Source: an uncultured Chloroflexia bacterium (GTDB lineage: Bacteria; Chloroflexota; Limnocylindria; Limnocylindrales; CSP1-4). From it: DNA of 64,000 nucleotides. The position numbers and the translations under genes are program-made. Under the pieces are notes generated by a model. That model made no database searches. It was not told where the DNA came from and saw only the letters and a program-made list of their open reading frames with translations. The stretch is taken from NCBI GenBank assembly GCA_963748625.1, contig CAVVJT010000007.1, positions 288,001 to 352,000 of the forward strand. The letters are read 5' to 3'. Below, piece by piece: positions 53,070 to 63,011 of the stretch; positions within the stretch are counted from its first letter, which is position 1; every line of letters begins with the position of its first letter.

Positions 53070-54091
53070 GCGTCCTCGACCAGTGCCGGACCCGTGTTCC
53101 GCGGGTTCACGATCGCCGTCCGCCCGACAAGGTCCACGGACGCGGCCGCATCGGCCAGCGCACGCTCGACCGGCTCCGCATCGGCACCCGGCGCCACGAA
53201 GGCGAGCACCGTGGACCCGGCGCCCGACAGGAACGCACCCAGCGCCCCCGCCGCACGCGCCGCACCCGTGAGCCGCGGCAGCTGGGGATAGGCCACAGAC
53301 CGGTACGGCTCGTGGATCCGGTCGACGGTCAGGTCCGCCAGCAGCTCGAAGCGACCGCTGGCGATCCCCGCCACACCGATCGCGATCCGGCTCATGTTGG
53401 ACACGGCGTCCCGCAACGGGACCTCGGCCGGGAGCACGCGGCGCATGTCTGCCGTGGAGAGCCGGCGGTCCGGGATGAAGAGCACCGCGCGCAGGCCGTC
53501 GGGCGCCGGGAAGCGCACGGCCTCCACGCGCTCGCCCAGGTGGGCGGACACCACGAACCCGCCCAGCAGCGCCGCCGAGGCGTTGTCCGGGTGCCCCTCG
53601 AGCGCCGTGGACATGACGAGCAGCTGGCCCTCGGTCAGGCGCCCGCCGCCCAGGAGGTTGCCGGTCCACACGCCGCCCACGGACGCCGCCGCGGACGAGC
53701 CCATGCCGCGTGAGAGTGGAATGCGGTTGTGCATCGCCAGGCGCCAGCCGATGTGCGCCGGTCGCGGTCCGATCACCGCCTCGAGCGCGTCCTCCAGCCC
53801 TTGGACGAACCGGTTCGACCGGACAGCCGGCAGCTCGCCCTCGCCCTCGCCGGTGACATCCAGCGTCAGGCCACCGTCATCGGTGACCTCCACGGTCACC
53901 GTGTTGCAGACGTCGAGCGCCATGCCCAGGCAGTCGTAGCCCGCGCCGAGGTTTGCGGTGGACGCGGGCACGTCGACCACCACCCGCCGCCCCACCAGGG
54001 CCGACCAGGCTGCGGCATCCAGCGGCGCCGCCGGGAGCCTCGGCGGGTTCGCGATCGGGACCTTGCCCGGGACGGGCTGCGGCTGCATCAC
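53066..54091 (-). CDS. thrB: Homoserine kinase
   Basis: VPASTANLGAGYDCLG, IPLSRGMGSSAAA, EGHPDN, IHEPYR, LSGAGST. Confidence 0.96.
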   Translation of the reverse strand: MMQPQPVPGKVPIANPPRLPAAPLDAAAWSALVGRRVVVDVPASTANLGAGYDCLGMALDVCNTVTVEVTDDGGLTLDVTGEGEGELPAVRSNRFVQGLEDALEAVIGPRPAHIGWRLAMHNRIPLSRGMGSSAAASVGGVWTGNLLGGGRLTEGQLLVMSTALEGHPDNASAALLGGFVVSAHLGERVEAVRFPAPDGLRAVLFIPDRRLSTADMRRVLPAEVPLRDAVSNMSRIAIGVAGIASGRFELLADLTVDRIHEPYRSVAYPQLPRLTGAARAAGALGAFLSGAGSTVLAFVAPGADAEPVERALADAAASVDLVGRTAIVNPRNTGPALVEDA

Positions 54092-54107
54092 CGGCTCACC
54101 ATGCGCG

Positions 54108-55187
<1,080 letters not shown>

Positions 55188-55192
55188 GGCAA

Positions 55193-56314
55193 TCAGTCCC
55201 CGACGGGGTAGCAGGCGCCGGACGGCGCGACCACGCATTCGGCAGCCACGGGGCGCACTGGAAGGCCCGACACCTCGGTGGCGGCGGCGAGGCCGGCCCA
55301 CGTGGAGCCGACGCCGCGGGCGACCGCGACCAGGTCCGACAGGACGGCAGCGCCGGCGGCAGGACCACCGGCGCCCGGACCCTCGAACGCGACCCGGCCG
55401 ACGGGCAGGCCATCGACCTCCACGCGGTTGAGGACGCCGTCGCACCGGCCGAACGGCGAAGACGCCGGGACCGCGGTGGGGACGACGGAAGCCTCGATGG
55501 CCCCGTCCTCCGCGAGGACGGTGGTGGCGATCAGGCGCAGGACGCGGCCCTCGTTCGCCATGGCGGCGACGTCCTCGGCGGTGACACCGGTGATGCCAGG
55601 CAGGCCCGGCGCTCCGGTCGTGGTGCCGGGGCGGTTGCCCACGCTGTCGCAGGAGATCCAGGCACCGAAGGCGAGGCGGGCAAGGATCACGAGCTTGTTG
55701 AGCGCGTCGAGCCCCTCGACGTCGGCGGTGGGGTCGGCCTCGGCGTAGCCGCGCGACTGGGCGTCGGCGAGGACCTCGGCGTAGTCGCGGCCCTCGCGGG
55801 TCATCGCCGTGAGCATGTAGTTGGTGGTGCCGTTGACGATGCCGCGGACACGGCCGATCCGGTTGGCGGCAAGATCGAGGGCGATCGGACCCAGCAGCGG
55901 GATGCCGCCGCCCACCGCCGCCTCGAAGCGCAGCGAGGCGCCCGTGGCGCGGGCGATCCCCTCCAGCTCCGGACCGTAGTGCGCGATCACGTGCTTGTTC
56001 GCGGTGACCACGCTCTTGCCGGCCTCCAGGGCGGCACGGATCAGCGTGTGGGCCGGCTCGTCACCGCCCATCGTCTCCACGATCACGTCGATGTCCGGGT
56101 CGGCCACCATGTGTGCCGGCGCGTCGGTGAGGATGGCCTCCGGGATGCCGAAGGCGATCGCCCGATCGGTGAACTTCTCCGCCACGGCGGCAAGGACGAG
56201 CGGCCTGCCGTCCGGGGGCGCCAGGCGGGTGGACCCGTCGAGGAACGCGCGAACGACCTCGCGGCCGACGGTTCCGGCGCCGATGACACCGACGCGCAGG
56301 GGCTGAACGCTCAC
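55193..56314 (-). CDS. hom: Homoserine dehydrogenase (no recognisable C-terminal ACT domain)
   Basis: [51 protein letters not shown]. Confidence 0.94.
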   Translation of the reverse strand: MSVQPLRVGVIGAGTVGREVVRAFLDGSTRLAPPDGRPLVLAAVAEKFTDRAIAFGIPEAILTDAPAHMVADPDIDVIVETMGGDEPAHTLIRAALEAGKSVVTANKHVIAHYGPELEGIARATGASLRFEAAVGGGIPLLGPIALDLAANRIGRVRGIVNGTTNYMLTAMTREGRDYAEVLADAQSRGYAEADPTADVEGLDALNKLVILARLAFGAWISCDSVGNRPGTTTGAPGLPGITGVTAEDVAAMANEGRVLRLIATTVLAEDGAIEASVVPTAVPASSPFGRCDGVLNRVEVDGLPVGRVAFEGPGAGGPAAGAAVLSDLVAVARGVGSTWAGLAAATEVSGLPVRPVAAECVVAPSGACYPVGD

Positions 56315-56584
56315 AGGTGGGCTCTCACAGTGGGGGTCGGGAGTGTGGGGGCGATGGTAGCGAACGATGCCGCGCACACGCGAGGAGGTGCGTTGAGGGA
56401 TCTGCTCGCGCGTGGGCCGGCCGCCACATGCGTGTTCGCTGTGGCCGAGCGAACCAGCCACCACGCCGTCGAAGCGCTCGGTGTGGCGAACGGAGTGACC
56501 GGTCTGGGCCGTCGACGGGCCTCGAAACGGTCAATGTGTTCGGCGCAGGGCGAGCAACTCGACGCGTGCCATCGAAATCGCTCC

Positions 56585-56623
56585 GTCCGGCCGAGCAGGC
56601 CTCGTGGTCCGGCCGAGCAGGCC
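56585..56623. repeat. 17-bp direct repeat (period 22) upstream of trpS
   Basis: gtccggccgagcaggcc at 56585-56601 and 56607-56623. Confidence 0.85.
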
Positions 56624-56688
56624 CATACGCCACGGCAACGCCCGTACCTGCCGACGGGTGGCCGCGCTTCGGTACACTCCGGCCCACG

Positions 56689-57708
56689 ATGACCGTCGAG
56701 CTCGCCCCCCTCCCCTCACCCGCCGCATCCTCCGCCTCACGTCCCCGGATCTTCTCCGGGATCCAGCCGTCCGGGATCGTCCACCTCGGCAATGACCTCG
56801 GCGCGATCCGGAACTACGTGATGCTCCAGTACGAGTACGAGGCGATCTACTGCATCGTCGACTACCACGCGCTCACGAGCACCCATGATGCGGCGCTGCT
56901 CCGGCGGCGCACCCGCGAGATGGCCGCGAGCCTGCTCGCGCTGGGCCTCAGCCCCGACCACTGCACGCTCTTCGTCCAGAGCCACCGCCCCGAACACGCC
57001 GAGCTCATGTGGCTGCTCGCCACGGTCACGCCTGTCAGCTGGCTCGAGCGGACGCCCACGTACAAGGACAAGGTCGCCAACCAGCCCGACGACGTGAACC
57101 ACGGCCTGCTGACCTACCCGGTCCTCCAGGCCGCCGACATCGTCATCTACAAGGCCACCAAGGTGCCGGTGGGCAAGGACCAGGCGGCGCACCTGGAGCT
57201 GAGCCGCGAGATCGTGCGCGCCTTCAACTACCGCTACGGCGAGACGTTCCCCGAGCCGCAGGCCGTCTACACGAGCGCCCCGGTGGTGCTCGGGACGGAC
57301 GGGGTCAAGAAGATGTCCAAGTCCGTCGGGAACACCATCGAGATCCTTGCCTCGCCCGACGAGATCCGCAAGCAGGTCATGTCGATGGTGACCGATACCG
57401 AGCGGATCAAGCGCACGGACCCGGGCCGCCCCGACATCTGCAACGTCTGCGGGCTCCACCGCTTCTTCGGCGACGACTTCGAGGAGATCTGGGACGGCGA
57501 GCGGACCGCGCGGACCGGCTGCGTCGACACGAAGAAGCTCCTTGCCCAGCGGATCATCGACCGGTACGCGGACGCCCGCGAGAAGTACGCGGAGCTGATG
57601 GCGAACCCCAAGGAGGTCGACGGCGTCCTCGAAGCGGGTGCCGACCGCCTCAAGCCCAAGGCCGAGGCCACGCTGGCCGAGGTCAAGGAGAAGATGGGCC
57701 TCCGCTAG
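56689..57708 (+). CDS. trpS: Tryptophan--tRNA ligase
   Basis: FSGIQPSG, HLGN, YPVLQAADI, VPVGKDQ, KMSKS. Confidence 0.96.
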   Translation: MTVELAPLPSPAASSASRPRIFSGIQPSGIVHLGNDLGAIRNYVMLQYEYEAIYCIVDYHALTSTHDAALLRRRTREMAASLLALGLSPDHCTLFVQSHRPEHAELMWLLATVTPVSWLERTPTYKDKVANQPDDVNHGLLTYPVLQAADIVIYKATKVPVGKDQAAHLELSREIVRAFNYRYGETFPEPQAVYTSAPVVLGTDGVKKMSKSVGNTIEILASPDEIRKQVMSMVTDTERIKRTDPGRPDICNVCGLHRFFGDDFEEIWDGERTARTGCVDTKKLLAQRIIDRYADAREKYAELMANPKEVDGVLEAGADRLKPKAEATLAEVKEKMGLR

Positions 57709-57840
57709 GCCCACCGACCCGGTCGGCGCGTCCGGCCGGCTGCCCGCGCGCGCCCTGGCTTGACAGGCATGGTTGTATTGCGCGGCCGACCTGGCGCCCT
57801 CCGCGTCGGACCCGTCGGCATTCGCCCGGGGAGACGACGC

Positions 57841-59589
57841 GTGATCGCGAACCACCGTACGCCGCTGGCGCGCATGCTCCCCGCGGCCCTCGCGGTCGTG
57901 CTCGCCGCGTGTGGCGGGGCCGCACCCGGGTCTCCCCTCGCACCTGACCAGTCGGGTGCGGGCGCACCCACCGCAGCCGCGACTGTCCCGGCTCCGGCCG
58001 CGCCGGCTGCAGGCTCCGGCGTGGTCGAGCTCCCGGCCGACATCCCCGGCGCGACGCTGGACGTCGTCGTGGATGGTGTCCTCGCCAGCGGCGAGATCAC
58101 GCCCGAGCGCGGCGGGACCATCACCGCGACCACCCAGGAAGGCGTGACCTGGACCCTGGTCGTCGGGCCTTGGGCGGTGCGGAAACCGGTCACGGTGGAG
58201 CTCCGACCGATGGCGGGCGGGTCCACGCTGGGGCGCGTCATCGCCGGCGTCGACCTGGCGCCTGCCGGCCTGCGCCTGGCGGAGCCGGCCACACTGACCG
58301 CGGAGGGCCTCGACGTGGCGCCCACCGTCGTGGCGCTGGAGTTCGCGGGTCAGGCCGATGGAGCCGACGCTCGCCTCGTCATCGGGCCCGCGGTCGGCAG
58401 CAGGTCGCTGGCCTTCTCCGTCGCCCACTTCTCCGGGAACGTCGCGATCGACGTGGGCAACGATGCCAACGCGCTGTTCGAGAAGTGGTCTGCCGCCCGG
58501 GGCGACGACACGACCGGCGGGCGCCAGGCCGCCGCCGAGACGCGATACGCCGCCGCGGCCCTCGCTGAGCGGAACGGTCGCATCTCGCAGGAGACCGCCC
58601 GCGAGATCCAGGCACGCGCCATGGCCGAGTGGATGCGGGCGGAGGCGGACCGCCTGGAGGCGGATCCGGCGCTGGCGAAGCTCGCGGAGAGCGGAGATCC
58701 TCGTGACCTCGACGTCATCGACGCGGAGATCAGCCGGATCCTGCAGGTCGAGCACCAGCTCGCGGTCCTCGGCGACGAGTCCCCGAGGGAGGGCCTGGTC
58801 AAGGTCGTGGAGATCCTCCAGACGTACGAGGCCGCGATCATCAGCAAGGTCATCGACAGCCAGCGGATCCAGGAGGCGGCCAGCTCCGGGCTCGTGTCTG
58901 AGATGGGCGAGGTCGTCGACCTCATCGGTGTCGTGCTCTCCCTGGAGCGCAGGATCATGCTCCTGGGTGGCGAGGGCTCCGATGTCATGGCCAAGGTCCT
59001 CAAGCTGCTCGAGAACCTGCGGACCGGCCTCCTCGCGTCGTGCGCCAAGGCACCGCTGGACCCGGCGATCGTGCTCGGGCTCGAGCGGATGGTGCAGCTG
59101 CTGGGCGGCGCCGGCAGCGCCAGCATCGCCGACGTCATCAAGTGCGCCGCGCCGCAAGGCTGGCTGGTCACGGCAGAGGACGACTACATCGCGGGGTCGC
59201 AGCGGCTGTGTGCCACCAACCCGCTCGACCCCGATCCCGACATCGGTGGCGCGGGCGTCTACGTGGAGTCAAACGGAGGCATGCCGGACGACTGGCCCCC
59301 TGACAAGGTCTACGAGCTCGCGGATGGCATCCTCCTCGACTTCTCGGGGGGGACATACAGCGTGTACTTCGCAAAGGGGACCGCGAAGCACGGCACGATC
59401 TACGAGTTCAATGGTCGGCTCACGGTGCAGGTGGATGCCGCAGGCCTGCCCCTCAAGGGGAGCGGCTCCGGCAAGGGGCGCATCCTGTACCCGAACGGTG
59501 ACGTGAAGAATGGCGTTCCGGACACCCTCACCATCACCTTCAGCCGCATCCCCGAGCCCGCCTGGTGCACCGAACCGATCCCGGAGTAG
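57841..59589 (+). CDS. Lipoprotein with ZU5-like domain (HFS motif), helical middle and beta-rich C-terminus
   Basis: Lipobox VLAAC; ITPERGGTI...LVVGPWAV...VDLAPAGLRLAEPATL...VAHFSG; start 57841 or 57874. Confidence 0.65.
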   Translation: MIANHRTPLARMLPAALAVVLAACGGAAPGSPLAPDQSGAGAPTAAATVPAPAAPAAGSGVVELPADIPGATLDVVVDGVLASGEITPERGGTITATTQEGVTWTLVVGPWAVRKPVTVELRPMAGGSTLGRVIAGVDLAPAGLRLAEPATLTAEGLDVAPTVVALEFAGQADGADARLVIGPAVGSRSLAFSVAHFSGNVAIDVGNDANALFEKWSAARGDDTTGGRQAAAETRYAAAALAERNGRISQETAREIQARAMAEWMRAEADRLEADPALAKLAESGDPRDLDVIDAEISRILQVEHQLAVLGDESPREGLVKVVEILQTYEAAIISKVIDSQRIQEAASSGLVSEMGEVVDLIGVVLSLERRIMLLGGEGSDVMAKVLKLLENLRTGLLASCAKAPLDPAIVLGLERMVQLLGGAGSASIADVIKCAAPQGWLVTAEDDYIAGSQRLCATNPLDPDPDIGGAGVYVESNGGMPDDWPPDKVYELADGILLDFSGGTYSVYFAKGTAKHGTIYEFNGRLTVQVDAAGLPLKGSGSGKGRILYPNGDVKNGVPDTLTITFSRIPEPAWCTEPIPE

Positions 59590-59645
59590 GCGTAACCTAC
59601 GGCGACCACGTGCGCGGGACGGGCGCCACGTCGTAGGCTTCGCAT

Positions 59646-61034
59646 ATGCCCAATGACCTGATCACCGAGCGCCAGCGCAGGCTCATCGACGTCGCCCTGG
59701 TCCTGGCGGTGGTTGCCCTCGCCTTCGTCGTCCTCGGCTTCCTGGGCGGCTTCTGGGCTGCCTTCGGCGACCTCGTCCTGACATTCTTCCTCGCGTGGCT
59801 GCTCTCGTTCGCGCTGCGCCCGCTCATCGGCGGCGTGCAGCGGGTGGTCCCGAGGCTGGGCCAGTCGGGCGCGGTCCTCGTCGTCTACCTGTCGATCGTC
59901 GGCATCATGCTCCTGGTCCTCGTGCAGGTCTCGGCGTCGCTCGCCACCTCCATCAACGAGCTGCTGGCCGACCTCCCCAACCTCGAGAGCTCGCTCACCG
60001 CGCTCGTGACCTCGCTGCAGGAGCGGCTCACCGCGCTCGGCTTCCAGGTGGACCTCGTCCGACAGGTGCCCGACGTGATCAAGGGCCTCCAGACCGGAGC
60101 GACCGAGCTCATCGGGCCGCTCCAGCAGTTCGCCGTCGCGAGCATCGGGATCTTCGGGAACATCCTCATGGTCGTGATCCTGTCGATCTACATCGCGATC
60201 GACCGCCAGGACATCGGCGCGTTCCTGCTGCGCCTGGTACCACCGTCGTTCGGGTCCGGCGCCCGGCTGCTCGATGCCTCGGTGAGCCGGTCCTTCGCCG
60301 GGTTCCTGCGGACGCAGCTCGTGATGGGCGTGTCGTTCGGCCTCATCTCGTTCTCGACGGACGTCGTCTTCGGGCTCCCCTACGCGGTCGTCACCGCGGT
60401 CGCCGTCGGCGTGCTGCACGCGATCCCCTTCTTCGGCCCGTTCGTGTCGTGGCTGCCGCCGGTCCTCGTCGCGATCCTCTTCAAGCCCGAGGTCGCCCTC
60501 CCGGTCCTGATCATCATGGGCATCGGCTGGTTCGTGACGATGAACGTGCTCCAGCCGCGGCTGATGGCAGGGTCGGTGGGCATCCACCCGATCGTGGTCC
60601 TCGCCTCGGTCCTCATCGGCGCCAAGATCGCGGGTATCGCCGGGGCGGTCTTCGGCATCCCGATCGCAGCGGTGGTCTCGGCGATGTTCTTCAGCTGGTT
60701 CGAGCGCTCCAGGGACGGCGTGACGGTGGCCGACCGGGCGACGAAGCGAGTGGCCGCACGGGAAGGCAGACCGGTCCGCCGGCCGATGGAACCGGTGGGC
60801 GGGGTGGACCAGGACCTCGACGAGGTGGTCGCAGCCCGGGAGCGGAGGGCCCACCCTGACCAGGCCCACCCGATCGCGGCTGCCGCGGACGGGGAGGCCC
60901 AAGCCGATGCCGACATGACAGGGGCCGAGACGCGGGCGAGCGCGGAGGCGCCGTCCGACACTGCGCCGTCCGACCCCACGTCGTCCGATATCGCGACACC
61001 CGACACCGTGGTCTCGTCGGACCCCGGGGCATGA
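59646..61034 (+). CDS. AI-2E family transporter (PerM/TqsA-like)
   Basis: FFLAWLLSFALRP, FLRTQL, IPFFGP, LQPRLMAGSVGIHP, GIAGAVFGIP. Confidence 0.92.
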   Translation: MPNDLITERQRRLIDVALVLAVVALAFVVLGFLGGFWAAFGDLVLTFFLAWLLSFALRPLIGGVQRVVPRLGQSGAVLVVYLSIVGIMLLVLVQVSASLATSINELLADLPNLESSLTALVTSLQERLTALGFQVDLVRQVPDVIKGLQTGATELIGPLQQFAVASIGIFGNILMVVILSIYIAIDRQDIGAFLLRLVPPSFGSGARLLDASVSRSFAGFLRTQLVMGVSFGLISFSTDVVFGLPYAVVTAVAVGVLHAIPFFGPFVSWLPPVLVAILFKPEVALPVLIIMGIGWFVTMNVLQPRLMAGSVGIHPIVVLASVLIGAKIAGIAGAVFGIPIAAVVSAMFFSWFERSRDGVTVADRATKRVAAREGRPVRRPMEPVGGVDQDLDEVVAARERRAHPDQAHPIAAAADGEAQADADMTGAETRASAEAPSDTAPSDPTSSDIATPDTVVSSDPGA

Positions 61035-62083
61035 CCGAGGACCCCACCGGGGGTGGTGGCGCCGGGGCCCAGCGCCCGGACATGACCCGTGAGCGCGCTC
61101 GCACGGAGCGGCGCGACCTTGACAAGGAGCGCGGCGAGCCGGTTGCGGGGTCGCGCGGCCAGCACCGGTCGATCAAGCGCCTGGGTCGTCCGCTGGGCGA
61201 CTGGTCCAGGCGGCCGCGGATCCTGGTCACCAACGACGACGGTATCGAGTCGCAGGGTCTCATGGCGCTCAAGCTCGCCCTCGACCCGATCGGTGACGTC
61301 ACCGTGGTCGCGCCCGACCTCAACCAGTCCGCCGTCGGCCACCAGAAGACCCTGATGCGGCCGTTGCGGGTGCGCGAGCGTCCGCTGCCCGACGGCTCGA
61401 CCGGCTACTCGGTGGACGGCTCCCCCACCGACTGCGTGAGCCTCGCCTTCCTGGGCTTCTTCGAGCACCGGTTCGACCTTGTCGCGTCCGGCATCAACTA
61501 CGGCGCGAACCTGGGCGACGACATCACCTACTCGGGCACCGTGGCGGCGGCGATGGAGGCCGTGATCAACAACTGCCCCGCCTTCGGCATCTCGCTCGAG
61601 TACGGCGACCAGGTGGACTTCACGCTGTCGTCCCTCGCGGCCGCCGTGGTTGCGCGCAACATCCTCGAGCACGGGCTGCACAAGGGCGAGCTGCTCTCGG
61701 TCAACGTCCCCGCGGCAAGTGTCGAGGCGTGCGAGGGCTTCGAGGTCACGCGGGTCGGCAAGCGCGTCTACCAGGACCAGCTCATCCGGCGCGTCGACCC
61801 GCGCGGGCTGCCGTACTACTGGATCGGGGGGCTGCCGCCGTCGGGGATCAGCGTGCCCGGCACGGACTTCCACGCGGTGGTCAACCGGCGCATCTCCGTG
61901 ACCCCGGTCCACCTGGACCTCACCGGCCGGCGGCTGATCCGCGAGGCGAAAACCTGGGACTGGTCGATGCCAGCCATCGGTCCGGGCGAGGGCGAGGTGC
62001 CGGTCGAGGCGGTCGAGGTGCCGATCGCCCTGGAGGCCGAGCAGGCGCTCCTGATCGCCGAGGCGAAGGCCGAGCGCCGGTAG
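61031..62083 (+). CDS. surE: 5'/3'-nucleotidase SurE with N-terminal extension
   Basis: ILVTNDDGI, VVAP, DGSPTDCV, SGINYGANLG, YSGTVAAAME. Confidence 0.95.
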   Translation: MTEDPTGGGGAGAQRPDMTRERARTERRDLDKERGEPVAGSRGQHRSIKRLGRPLGDWSRRPRILVTNDDGIESQGLMALKLALDPIGDVTVVAPDLNQSAVGHQKTLMRPLRVRERPLPDGSTGYSVDGSPTDCVSLAFLGFFEHRFDLVASGINYGANLGDDITYSGTVAAAMEAVINNCPAFGISLEYGDQVDFTLSSLAAAVVARNILEHGLHKGELLSVNVPAASVEACEGFEVTRVGKRVYQDQLIRRVDPRGLPYYWIGGLPPSGISVPGTDFHAVVNRRISVTPVHLDLTGRRLIREAKTWDWSMPAIGPGEGEVPVEAVEVPIALEAEQALLIAEAKAERR

Positions 62084-62088
62084 CGACG

Positions 62089-62934
62089 CTACCCGCGGGG
62101 CGGACCCGCCTGCACGCGCGCGAACACGTCCCCCGTGGTGCCCCGGAAGCCGTGGATGCCCTCGAGCCACCACGTCGCTCCAGCATCGGCCCAGCGCGTG
62201 GCCTTCGCGATGGCGTCCGGACCCGTGCCCGTGGTCTCCCCGTGCACACCGACCGTGAACGGTGCCTCGGGTGCGAGCCCCGCCTGCGCCCGGAGTCCGT
62301 GGATCTCCGCGATGGCGGCCCGCAGCTCGTCCGGGGTCATCTCATCGTTGCCCTGCTGGTCGACGGCGTACGGGATCCAACCGTCGTGGCGGGCTGCACG
62401 GCGTCGCGCGGCCGCACTATGCCCACCGATCCACACCGGCACCGGGTCCTGCAGCGGGAGCGGCGCCAGCGTCACTCCCTCCACCGTGCACGCCGCACCC
62501 CGATGCGTCACGGTCTCGCCGGCCAGCAGGGGCCGGACCATCGAGAGCATCTCGTCCGTCCGGGCCGCCCGTTCACGGAGGTCCTCGGGCTCGCCCGCGG
62601 CCCGGTATTCCTCCGCGGCGCCCCCGATCCCTACCCCGAGGACCAGGCGCCCGCCGGACAGCCGGTCGATCGTGGCCACGCGGTTCGCGAACGGCAGCGG
62701 CCGCTCCCGCGCGATCACCGCGACGTCCGTACCCACCAGCAGACGCTCCGTCGCCAGAGCACAGGCTGTGACCAGCGTCCACGGGTCGCCGGAGGGCGGA
62801 CCCCAGGTGAACGCGAGGTGGTCCCAGACGAGCAGCGCCTCCCACCCGGCAGCCTCAGCAGACCGGGCCAGGTCGACCATGACCCGCGCCTCAGCGAAGT
62901 CACCGAAGTTCATCACCGAGAGTCCGTAGTGCAC
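62089..62934 (-). CDS. LLM-class flavin-dependent oxidoreductase
   Basis: AEAAGWEALLVWDH, DPWTL, TIDRLSGGRLVLGVGIG, PVWIGG, RRAARHDGW; GAGGAG before GTG. Confidence 0.92.
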   Translation of the reverse strand: MHYGLSVMNFGDFAEARVMVDLARSAEAAGWEALLVWDHLAFTWGPPSGDPWTLVTACALATERLLVGTDVAVIARERPLPFANRVATIDRLSGGRLVLGVGIGGAAEEYRAAGEPEDLRERAARTDEMLSMVRPLLAGETVTHRGAACTVEGVTLAPLPLQDPVPVWIGGHSAAARRRAARHDGWIPYAVDQQGNDEMTPDELRAAIAEIHGLRAQAGLAPEAPFTVGVHGETTGTGPDAIAKATRWADAGATWWLEGIHGFRGTTGDVFARVQAGPPRG

Positions 62935-63011
62935 GCGAGTCTCCTCTTCGACGCCATGTGCACGCGGGAACCGCCCGGCGCCCCGAGGGATCCGCCAGCC
63001 GGGGAACGCTG

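Noticed and set aside
56640-56688. T-box leader upstream of trpS (gggtggccgcg)
   Set aside because: It lacks the full GGTGGNACCGCG consensus and a terminator; TACACT 10 nt before the ATG points to a near-leaderless transcript.
57760-57790. TTGACA as the promoter of the lipoprotein gene
   Set aside because: No acceptable -10 hexamer at 16-18 bp spacing.
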